Positions 49,801 to 60,882 of a DNA stretch of 64,000 nucleotides are shown one piece after another. This DNA is from Azolla caroliniana. Lineage: Eukaryota > Plantae > Polypodiophyta. The translations under genes and the position numbers were made by a program. The DNA is taken from the NCBI GenBank assembly GCA_043228905.1, contig JBHGNT010000004.1, positions 1,984,001 to 2,048,000 of the forward strand, read 5' to 3'. Positions within the stretch are counted from its first letter, which is position 1. Each line of letters opens with the position of its first letter. A model generated the notes under the pieces. It was not told the DNA's origin. It searched no databases and saw only the letters and a list, made by a program, of their open reading frames with translations.

Positions 49801-49966
49801 GAATGTGTGGGTGGAAAGTCAACCTTTTGGGTGGGGAGGGAGAACTCATGGCCTCTTGGTATTCAGCCTGCCAAACCGATCAATTGTTAACTATCAATGG
49901 TTTTCCTGAATATACTACCACACATAAATTATGAGAATAAGCTTCTTTTAATAACTACATAACAAT

Positions 49967-50339
49967 TAGCAATGGGCGCGGTTCGGTTCGGTTTCTTAGC
50001 CTTGAAACCAAACCAAACCATTTATTTATATTAAAAACCAAACCAAACTGTTTAATTTTTATGAAGCCATTTAAACCGAACCATTTAGAGCCAAACCATT
50101 TATGAAAAATTTAGAACCAAACCAAATCGATTTATCATAAATCAAAACCAAACCAAACCTATAAACCTTCAAAACTTTTATACCTTTAAACCGAAACCGC
50201 TAAACCATGAAATTCAAAACCAAACCAAACCGGATCATAATATTTGAAACCAAACCAAACGGTATCTTTGAACCAATAAACCGTTAAGCCATGACTTACC
50301 GGTTCGGTTCAGTTTGAGCCGAAATCGTGCCCATTGCTA
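49967..50339. mobile_element. hAT-type MITE (373 bp)
   Basis: TIRs tagcaatgggcgcg / cgtgcccattgcta; perfect 8-bp TSD ataacaat; many AAACC(A/G) subterminal motifs. Confidence 0.9.
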
Positions 50340-51299
50340 ATAACAATGTATGTTTACATATATACATATAAGCTAGGTATTTAGATATCATTAGTGAAAG
50401 AAGAAGAAATCAATGTTGAATTGTTGCCAGTTTTGTCTCTCCTGAGTCCTACATATCAAATGTTAGAATTTCATGGGCAACTAGCTATGGGCCTTTCTGA
50501 AAAGTAGAAGAAGTCAACATAGAATTATAGCCACTTGTCTCTCTTACATACATATATAAATGTTAGAATTTGACGTGCAACTAGCAATGGGTCTTGGTTC
50601 AACTCCAACAAACCTAAATTGTTAAGTCGTGGTTTAAGAAGTTATCAGTTTGAATATGATTAAACAATTTAGTTTGGTTTCACATATTATTAAAGAAATT
50701 GGTTCCAAAACCATAACTTATTAGTTTTTAGTTGAAGTGCCTAAATTTAATGGTTTATCGTTTTTTTGTTGTTCAACATCTTATTTGTTTCCATAACTTT
50801 TTACTCATTCCAAGCTTCCCTATGGATGCCCCCTCCTCTCAAGTGAAAGGTCAACTTTGCCCCTTCTTTTTGGTTTGAGTAATGCATATGATCCTACTTC
50901 CGAAGTTACCACTCAACAACCTTGTACAAAATGTGGATACAATAGTGTATTAGGCTTCACAAAATCAACAAAGTTGGGAATAAAATTAAGTGCATTGTTA
51001 TGAACACTAGCAATTCGGGTGCCTCTTTCCCTCTACATGCATATAGTGTCTCTCCATTCTAACTTTTATATTTTGGAAATCAACTTGGAAATGGTTTGGT
51101 TTAGATTTGTGATTAAATTGTTTAGTTTTTTTTTCCATAAAAATATCCTCCATTCGTATTAAAATTAAAGGAAACAATATACATATATCGTCTTGCATCT
51201 ATTCAAAACTAATACAGCACCTCCTCGGCATATCCAGTCTCTATAGCCTCTTTTGAGTGCATTCCATTAGACGATGTTTGAAACCATAATTGTGCTAAA

Positions 51300-52470
51300 T
51301 GTTTTCTACACTGTTTCTACATTTCGAGCATATCTCGAAATTAAACTAGACCATTCAAAAAGACTTCTTGCTTATCTTATGGCAAAAACTTGTTAAGCTT
51401 CAAGCATACTTCTCAATAAGGGCACTTGTTTCTGAGACCTCCATGTTTTGCGAGGACATTTGAACATGGAAGTTGTTCCCTTTCTGTATATCTCCCATGT
51501 TGCCTTATGCTTTCAACATACCCAAAAATGTCATCGTATAAGGTAAGAGGCCTTGCACAAGCATTTGAAGATAGAGTTGTATAACATCCTCATTCCTATC
51601 ATGCTCGGTATATTCCAATAACATGGTAGTCCATTGTACCCCATCTCCAACCAACAATAATCCATCAAAAAGCTCTCGGGCTTCAATTATTGGCACACAT
51701 TTATAGTACCAACAACACAAGGATCTTTTTCAAATCCTTCTTTTGCAGTATCACCATGTAATTCCCCTCCTCTTGTTAGAGACTCTACTCCAAAACAAGC
51801 TTTTAAGAAGTAGACAAATCAAGCCGAGTCGGGAGAAATTTCTTCTACAAGCCCCTCCATTTGCAAATGCTCAACAACATTAGGAGTTTCTTCACAAAAC
51901 CCAAATCCACATTACCTTGATCCTACATAAATCGAACATAATTCAATGATTCTTTATCTTGGTTGTTCTCTACATATCATCTAGTGCTTTTGCAAGGAAA
52001 CAAAAATATATGTGACAGTATCTGGGGCAATACCATCATTCTGAATTTGTTTAAAACGGTCCAACTTTGTGGCCTTGACCCTATTTAGCATACCCACCAA
52101 TAAGTGCATTCCAAGAGACTATATCTCGAATAGGAAGCTCTTGAAGCACTTTCTGAGATTTTTTACAAACTCTCCACATTTGGCATACATATTCAATAAA
52201 GTATTTCCAAGCATAAAATCATTTTTCAGCAACCTTGACCTGAGAATCACATTATGCATTTGTTTACCCTTGTATAGAGCTCCTATGTTTCCACAAGCCT
52301 TTAAATCAAAAAGTGGATTCCAAGAGACTATATCTCCAATAGGAATATCTTAATGCACTTTTTGAGATTTACAAACTCTCCACATTTGGGATACATATTC
52401 ACTAAGGTATTTCCAAGCATAAAATCATTTTTCAGCAACCTTGAGTCGAGAAGCATATTATGCATTTGAT
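51300..52470 (-). pseudogene. Decayed PLS-class pentatricopeptide repeat gene
   Basis: WTTMLLEYTEHDRNEDVIQLYLQMLVQGLLPYTMTFLGMLKA and GKQMH..DFMLGNTLLNMYAKCG; stops and frameshifts; internal duplication about 52107-52260 / 52316-52468. Confidence 0.75.
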
Positions 52471-53155
52471 TTAATTGTTTAGTTTGGTTTCATATATTCA
52501 TTGAATGGCTTGGATGGATTTGTTATGTATAAATGCCAAGAAATTGAATTGAGTTCATACCTCCATGTAACTTGTCATTTCATGGGACGTGTATATGGGA
52601 ATATGTTAAATCTTATTGGAATGAATTTTTTTCTAACTTGGCAATTCATTGACATTCTTAATTTGTTGTTAATTGTGTAACATCACAAATACAATACATT
52701 TTAATAAATCCATAAAATGTATAAAGCATTGAGTTGCTTTTTGGAGTTTGTTATAAGGAGAAACACTTATAACATAACGTCGCGGAAAGATGACATAATC
52801 CACAACAAAAAATTACTATTTTGTGTGATCATAGGAAATGTGGAGGCATCAATAAACTAGTTGTGAGCTGCCAAATGATGCTCTGTAAGCTCACATACTT
52901 CAAGCACTTGGAAATTACAATACGATTTACAAACACCTGGTTGGTGAGTTTCTTTCAACTTGGCAAATACTATTGGATGATGCATTAACATTTATATTAG
53001 AAATTGAAAGTAAGTTAGAATAGATTCTTCTTCTTAGAGGTGTGCAACCTTCTTGAGCAACATTTTATTTATAAAAAGATACTTTCCATTAGTTAGGCAG
53101 AGTGGCTTTACACTCCAATATGTACAACTGACCACATTTCCTCGATATGTGATTG

Positions 53156-53720
53156 TCATCCTGTAGCATGTAAAATTTCAGAAAAATACCATGTACATTC
53201 TTGGTTGGGCCACCAAGGTGAAAATAACCATTTTGGCATGATGTAACACCACTTTGGCACGCCATCTACATAATCCACCATGGGCGAACCTGGCCATGAT
53301 TTTTGAAAGGAAAGTCTCACAGCTTCCACTGCGTTTGAAGATCCTTCCAACTCTTCATATTGAGCTTGTATATTCGAAATTAGATCATACCATAGAGCAA
53401 TGATTGTCTCATTTGGTCGACTTTCTTCTCTCATGAGACCTTCAATAGTATTCTCATCACTTTCGACCAAACTTTCTATGCATGAGAGCATTCCCTATAA
53501 GCAATGGTCTAGTGTTTCTAGTCTTGAAGAGCACAACTGCCACTTCCCATCAATTCTCCTTTTATGCAGCCAAGAGCCTATGGGAAGAGATCTATGGCCA
53601 CATAACCATAAGAAAGCTTTTATTTTTACAGCAATCTTTTACAACCACGTAAAAGACGTACAAAATATCTTTCCATAATTGATCTACTTGCTAACATTAG
53701 AGAAGAAGAAATGGCGTGTA
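53156..53720 (-). mobile_element. LINE ORF2 C-terminal remnant
   Basis: zf-RVT-like QLCSSRLETLDHCL and C-terminal FQKSWPGSPMV..PKWCYIMPKWLFSP, resembling WGLIPLW..RWNYVPPRWLFPP of the LINE at 12529. Confidence 0.6.
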
Positions 53721-55106
53721 TACAAAAGGCTCTTGGACCTAGTTCAACTATAGAAAAGTTGTTGCATACAAATATACTCGTTTTGTCAAATGAGAAGATA
53801 ATTAAAAGGGAGAGACAGTAAAATGTTGGGTAAATATTGCATGCATGTGTGTATATAAATACACACACACACACATATATATAAACTTATAATATATGTA
53901 TATATACACACATATATGCATATTTATGTGCTATTTACTAGATACTAGATCTGCTATTAACCCTGCAGGAACCTTTGTGCGTTGGTGTGTGGATTGATTT
54001 TGGGGTTTCCATTTGAATTGATTGGGTGGGTTCGTTCAAATCAGTTAACGGTCAGAAGAAAAGGGCGGCCCATACTTACATACATAATACATAGATTGGA
54101 TGGATGGATCAATCAGATAGAGAGACACACATTGGGATGGATAATGGATAAGAGGGGAGGGATTAAGCGGGGGTAGAGTATTATTATATTATGTTAGGCC
54201 AGGCTTGTGTCTTTCTTGGGGAAAATGAATTAAAGGAATCATCACTCACTCAAATCATTCACCAACCCCTCACACTACAGTAGCGGCTACCCTATGCTCC
54301 TTCTTGCTATACATATATAACTGCTCTAAAGAATGAATGAATGAATGAATGACTGGTTCGAATTTAATAAATTAAGCTCTCCCTAACCGACTCATTCCTT
54401 AACTTCATTAACTGATGAGCACCTCTCCCCCCCCCCCCAAAAAAAAAACTCTCAATGAACGACTGACTGGTCACTGATTGACTGACTGACTGACTGATAA
54501 GGATATACATATATACATACATACGTACATACACCAAACCAAATAATTGGGCCCAGTACGTACATAGTGAGGAGGATATTCGTATATACATATAAACCTA
54601 TTTACATACATCAATACATACGTGTACATACATACATACGTGTACATACGTACATACGTATGTACGTATACGATATAAACTAATTCACGCCCCTCACTCA
54701 GAAATAGTCAGGGATAGATACATAGATGTCTTTTATTTAACTCACCTACAATTTAGGTGATTGCCGGCGGCGGCCGCCCTCCTCCTCCACTTATCATGAC
54801 CACCTCTCCCATCGCCATGTCCATGTCCATGTCCATGTCCATTTCCATCGTCGTCTTCTTCCACAGCATAACCATCATCATCTTCTCCACCTTTAACATC
54901 TCTATATTGAACATCTTATTTCATTTTTCAGTCAAATTCTGCAGCTTTTCCCCCTCCCTCCCTCCTCTCCTCTCTGTAAGGAAACGAAGAAGAGGAACCA
55001 CAAGAAGAAGAAGAAGAAGACGGAGGAAGACGAAGGCTTGGCTTGGCAGTTCGAGAGAGATCGAGTGGTTACCGTCCTCACCATCCCAATCCAGTCTTGC
55101 AGTAAC

Positions 55107-57560
55107 ATGTTAATTCGTTTAGCTTTCCATCCTAAGGCGTGCTCCAAGTTACTACGCGCGTTGATGAAGAAGATTAGGTCTTTCACAGATTCCATGGCCA
55201 TTCCAGCCTCAGGTTCAATATCTGAGACGCATTGGCGACGTTCTCCTTCTACGAGAAGCAGACATAGAAGAAAAGTTAGCTTGCGAAAGGATAAAATCGA
55301 TGAAATTCCAGTCAGATCATCATCTAGAATCCATAGCGATCTTCCTGAATGTAGACGTCTGAAACGAAGATCCAGAGTTCACATTAAGAAGGCCGCCATT
55401 AATGGACCTCGTTTCTGCAGAGATAGAGATAATCTCACTTTCCCTGGAAACTTGAATGAGCGCAGAAGACACGGCGATTTTAGCTCCTTCATGACTAGAA
55501 TCAGCCAGGAAGCAGCATGCAATAGCCATGACGTTGATCGAGCCCAAGATTATCCATTAACGTGCGGCGATGCAACTAAGAATTCCTCAGTAACAGGCAG
55601 TGATGAAGCGAAAGACTTTTCACAGACTTTCAAAGATCCGAGAAATCATGATTCTAAACTGGCTTGCAGAACACGAACGCAGGATTCTACTGTAGCTTGT
55701 AGTGATGAACGCAACAGCCATCTAGATCCTCGAAACATGAAGGAGACAGACATGTCTACCTATGGCATGATGGAAGCTTATAGCCACATACATAATGTAA
55801 CAAAGGATTCTTCGCTGGTTTACAGAGGCAAATATGACATCAGTACCGACCCAGACAATAATGAGGAACGGAGGAAATATACAGGTGTCGACGAATTTCC
55901 AAGTGGGATTGACCGAGAAGATGCTTGTCGAACGAAATATTATACATTACGCACCAAAGATGCAGGCGGCCTTATTAGCAGCACTGGCAAGATTCATCGG
56001 CGAAATAATAAAGGCAGTGATGATTATGACTTTGCCGGCAAAATACTCGAAAAAAGCCATCCAAGTTATGGCCAAAAGAGTGCAGGGGATTCTTCAGCTA
56101 GTAGAGATGGGGATAACCTCCTCTGTTCTCACAGCATCGTTAGCAGGTATGCAGAACATAAAACGGATTCTTCAAAGCTTAAGGGTCAGAAAAATATCTT
56201 GGATCATGTCAAAGTCAATACTCCAAGAAGGAGACGATCTCCGAGCGATGGTTGTTCTCTCGTTATTGGTCTCGATCAAGACTTCCATCTCTCCGGGGAC
56301 GCACCCAAGAAATCTTCACTCTGTGGAGAACGAACCAATCTTCCGAGTGATTCCTGTAGCTTGAATGAAGGGAGAAGGTATGGTGGTTTTCCTTCATATA
56401 GGATGAAGACGAAAAAAGGTCCAGACCAAGCAGAAGAGCCTTCTATTAATGCTTCTGATTCGAGTACAATACCAGATATAGAAACGATTTCCTCTTCAGA
56501 GAAGCATTCCATCAGCTCAGACGAGCTTAATAATAGTTTGGAATCGTCTAAAAACAGAGGCAGATTTGCAATCTCTGGTTTTTATTCGTTGTCAACTAAT
56601 ACCCATATTGATAGTAATGTGGGACCTTCATGGATCCATGAAGGTTCCAATGAAATACCGCATATCCATCAGAAGAGGGATGTGGGAAACTCTTTATCTT
56701 CAACATATGACGATTCATCAAGCATTTCTCCAGATTTGCAATATGATTTCAGCCCATTATACAGAGATTCATCTAGCACTTCTGTGGATGTGCCATCTGA
56801 GTCGACTTCAAGTCTCAATCGTTCTTCCAACATTACTATAGAAATGCTTAGCTCAGAATATCAGTCAAACTCATCAAGCATTTCATCAAACTCCAGCTCC
56901 GGTCTTAGATCCTGTGCATCAAACGCTTCCACTAAACTACATGACTCTGATCGGAGCTCAAAGCATAGAGATTTGGCAAACATTTCTGCAAATTTAGAGG
57001 TGTTGGGTGCAGGTCCAGACCACAGAGGTTTATCAGCTGTTTACCCCAATCTGCAAGATTCTACATTAATGAGCTCAGAACACAGACATTCATCAAGCAT
57101 AACGGTTGGTTCATTGGATTTGAGCTCATCAAGCATTGCCTCTACAGATTTGCTAATATCTGATCTGGACTCTGGAGAAAGGAGAGGTTTGACATCAAGC
57201 ACGATGTCTACAGTCTTGGCGGAATCCGATCATTTGACCTCAAGTCAAGTGAGGGATTCATCAGGGTTTAACACTTCTGCAAATTTGTCAAGATCTCATT
57301 TGAGCTCAAGACACACGAAAGATCCAGCTGAATGTATCATGTCATCGGAGGATTTGACCTCAACGAGAGTAGCTATGGTCAAAATGTCCGAGAACCCTGC
57401 GGAAGATTTCAGGCAGTCCATGCATGAGATGATGATGACCATGACGATGGGCAGTGAAGACATGGAAGAACTTCTCCGTTGCTATCTCACTCTGAACTCT
57501 CCCCACCTTCATGACCTCATTCAAGAGGTTTTCTGTGATGTATGGTGTACCATCTCTTGA
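55107..57560 (+). CDS. OFP: OVATE family protein (long Ser-rich linker, C-terminal OVATE domain), about 817 aa; the true start may lie further upstream
   Basis: C-terminal VAMVKMSENPAEDFRQSMHEMM...DMEELLRCYLTLNSPHLHDLIQEVFCDVW matches the OVATE domain. Long uninterrupted ORF; first in-frame ATG at 55107. Confidence 0.88.
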   Translation: MLIRLAFHPKACSKLLRALMKKIRSFTDSMAIPASGSISETHWRRSPSTRSRHRRKVSLRKDKIDEIPVRSSSRIHSDLPECRRLKRRSRVHIKKAAINGPRFCRDRDNLTFPGNLNERRRHGDFSSFMTRISQEAACNSHDVDRAQDYPLTCGDATKNSSVTGSDEAKDFSQTFKDPRNHDSKLACRTRTQDSTVACSDERNSHLDPRNMKETDMSTYGMMEAYSHIHNVTKDSSLVYRGKYDISTDPDNNEERRKYTGVDEFPSGIDREDACRTKYYTLRTKDAGGLISSTGKIHRRNNKGSDDYDFAGKILEKSHPSYGQKSAGDSSASRDGDNLLCSHSIVSRYAEHKTDSSKLKGQKNILDHVKVNTPRRRRSPSDGCSLVIGLDQDFHLSGDAPKKSSLCGERTNLPSDSCSLNEGRRYGGFPSYRMKTKKGPDQAEEPSINASDSSTIPDIETISSSEKHSISSDELNNSLESSKNRGRFAISGFYSLSTNTHIDSNVGPSWIHEGSNEIPHIHQKRDVGNSLSSTYDDSSSISPDLQYDFSPLYRDSSSTSVDVPSESTSSLNRSSNITIEMLSSEYQSNSSSISSNSSSGLRSCASNASTKLHDSDRSSKHRDLANISANLEVLGAGPDHRGLSAVYPNLQDSTLMSSEHRHSSSITVGSLDLSSSSIASTDLLISDLDSGERRGLTSSTMSTVLAESDHLTSSQVRDSSGFNTSANLSRSHLSSRHTKDPAECIMSSEDLTSTRVAMVKMSENPAEDFRQSMHEMMMTMTMGSEDMEELLRCYLTLNSPHLHDLIQEVFCDVWCTIS

Positions 57561-58328
57561 TGCATCACGTGAAACCTAAATTCTGTGATAGATAGATATA
57601 TGGGTTGACCTTGCAGCTCTTCACGGAATCTTAATGATTCTTCTGTAAAATCACCTGCGATATATTACTTATAGTCGATGTCAGAATATGCCGCCCAAGA
57701 AGATCTCTGTGATTTCCTGGAATCTCCTTAGAAAGGATCTCGGATTCCTACAGAGAAACTTGGGGGGGTATCTATGTCAATGTTAGGGCGATGGTTCTCA
57801 AGATACTTGGGCATCTTTCTTCAAATACCTATTGACTCCAGGAACATGCATTTCTAAAGGTTATCCTATATCGTTGTTAATCGGATGGTTGATTGGATAC
57901 TTCAGAGATATTGATGCTATGTCTACCATTCGACCTAGTGTATAGATTAACCAGTTTTCTTAGGAGCGAGTGAGTTCCCACCCAAGTCTCAGATTTTTCG
58001 ACACTCTTGACATATCTTCATTCACAAACGTGCAACAATGGCTAAAGTTAGAACAGCTCAGCAATGTCTATTCTATCCTCGCGTTTATGTGGTGTTGCGC
58101 GTTTGTCCTTCTCAAATAATGGCTTTGTATAGACAAAGTAGTATGAAGCTTATGCCCTCCCTTTTGTAAGTGCTTCTTATGCCTAGAGAATTAACGAGTC
58201 TTGTTTTGGAGGAGGTTGATATATGTATTGATTTGGATGAAGATATGACTCTGATATGAGGACGATTTTTAGCATGACACTTAAAAATGATAAACTCACT
58301 TCAGGAACACAGGTTATCATGTTTGGAT

Positions 58329-58331
<3 letters not shown>

Positions 58332-58379
<48 letters not shown>
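58332..58379. repeat. (GA)n microsatellite
   Basis: Direct read. Confidence 0.95.
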
Positions 58380-58381
<2 letters not shown>

Positions 58382-59263
58382 AAAGGAACTCGTCTTCTCA
58401 TTTCCAAAATGATCTTCATTCTTTGCATGGAGTGCTCACAAGACGATATTGGTAGTGCTCCCCCTACATTTTCTGTATAAACGTGTCTGCATTTCCAAAC
58501 TGCTCCTCTCCATAGTGTACTGTGATGCCCTCTGTTAATGGACGGCTTTGAGCCATGAACTATCAATGCGCTCTGCCATTTTCTGTGTATCTCATCCGAG
58601 CTCAAAACACTTGAGATATTCATCGGAGTAATAAAGTCTGCATATCACATTGGCCATCAATGTCTCAGACTTTAATCTTGAGGAGTAGGTGGGAGCTAAA
58701 ATGTCTATGAACGATGGATTTGAGGCAGTTAATGTATAAGAAGAATGATCGTAAACATTGAGAAGGGCAATGACGACATGAAAGAGATTCTCTATTGAAA
58801 CTCCATGTTTTCTACCACTCATGGTGTAATACATACTATGTGAAAAAATGGAGATTGAACTCGGAATAAGCTTTCAATACAGAATTCTGTAGGAGAGCAG
58901 CATTCTTCGTGATTCTTCTTAAAATCCACCTAAAATGGATTCTCTAGTAGAACACGGCGTCTGGTTACAGCCAGTCTGGTATTGAGTGCTGCCTACTCGA
59001 GATGATGTTAGATTCTCACTTAAAGCACCCTTACCATTAAAATGAGATGTGGAGTTAGGACCTTAAGGTTACGCCTACAACTACCAGGCATCGAAATGGT
59101 GGTCCTCTAGAGGTAGGTTACCATGATCCTATGTTCATTCGCCCTCCTACTACCGAGACTTGAATGCCCCATCAGACTCTTGATAAAGGATTCCACCCGT
59201 TACATATATAATTCCGCGTCCCTATAACAAAGTTGATAGCAGTTGCTGCTCTAGCACAAACAA

Positions 59264-59509
59264 GCCTGCAAAGGTGCGGAGATTGGTTGCATGCCGCGAA
59301 CTTTCCTCTCTCTATGGTACAATAGCTAAGCTTTAATGTTCATGGAGATGATTACAAGATATATACATTATAGGCAGGTCCAAACTGCCTGCAAAGGTGC
59401 GGAGATTGGTTGCATGCCGCGAACTTTCCTCTCTCTATGGTACAATAGCTAAGCTTTAATGTTCATGGAGATGATTACAAGATATATACATTATAGGCAG
59501 GTCCAAACT
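59264..59509. repeat. 123-bp perfect tandem duplication
   Basis: gcctgcaaaggtgcggagattgg at 59264 and 59387. Confidence 0.92.
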
Positions 59510-59666
59510 GTATCAATCAGATGTACCCGGCTCCTCCCAAATGCTTATAAAACACTTGGCATAGAAAAATACGAATTGCACATGATCGAACACATAAATC
59601 TCCAAAAATGAGAAGGTGCCTATAGTGACTTAAACGAGAATGTTGAGAAGAAGCATTTTGACCTAG

Positions 59667-59722
59667 CTCATGGGCCAAATTTGGCCTTAGAAGACGTTAA
59701 TACATCTTTCTTTCTTTCTTTC
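59667..59722 (+). mobile_element. 3' end of a SINE/LINE with (CTTT)n tail (copy 2)
   Basis: Identical to 15682-15737. Confidence 0.55.
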
Positions 59723-60882
59723 TGTTATAGAAAAACTCTCAAAGCTTGGAAATTTTATCTGAGCCTAAATGCATGTCCACACCATTCTTCAATTGATATT
59801 TGTATCTCGGACGATCAAAAGTCATGGTTGGGATGTTGGCCGCACCAACAATGTAGAAATTGTTTCCTTAAACCAGCACAAGGTCAGACGGTCGGTAGAT
59901 TGACCATAGGACGGGGGCGTTTCATTGCAATCGAAGGACGTGCGTGTATCTCTTGCTTGTGTACTCGGTGGGGGTCTCAATATATTTGGCTTATATTTTA
60001 AACACAATAACAAGTACATTATGCATGTTAATATATATTACACACCTCTACAGTTGACTCCGAAGCTATGTTGGCCTTTTGCTTGGAATATTTATTTGAA
60101 GAAGGGTAATGAGGGTGGCTAGTTACCGTGCATATCATAGAAAGCCAAACATACACATTATGCATGACATGAGTGCATGAAACACTGCGAGTGGGTTAGA
60201 GTATATTGCGGCTATTTGCAAGATTGCAAGAACACATAGCAACTCATAATGTTGTGACTAACGGCATGGCCATATTGGCCTTCATATTGGTTCTTTGTTC
60301 GGGCTGCCTCGGCATTGTTTAAGTTCCCCCTCACCCCAGGAACTATAGTGCATAACGAATGGATCCTAGGAGTAGGAACGTGCGCATAAGAGACCATGTA
60401 GAACCAAAATGGTGAGGGTTTTTATTCGTAAAGTAAGCTCGGACAAGAAAATATACATACGAAGAATGAAAAGACAAATGGACCTACGTCCATTTCTGTC
60501 TATCCTTTTTATTATTAATTAGTTAAATAAATTTGAGAAAATAGGAAGAGAATTGTGTGTATGATTGGCCGGCATCCTCCGCCTCCTCCACCTGCCGGCG
60601 TTTGTAAGTTTTTAGGGTTCCACCCAAACTACTTTTATTTCATTGGTCAGCTTACTCTTCTTGACAGCTGGCGTTCGTTAGATGTAGGGTTCCGTCATTG
60701 CTTCCATTTTTGTAGGGTTCCGGCGCTTGTAAGTTTTTAGGGTTCCGCCCAAACGTCTTCTATTTCGTAGGGTGGAAGAAGAAAATTACGACGCAGAAGC
60801 ACAAGAAGGGGTAGGTGGAAGCCGAAGTAGAAGCTCAGGAAGAAGAGGCAAGAGGAATTAGTAGTAGTGGGTTTAGGAAGGA

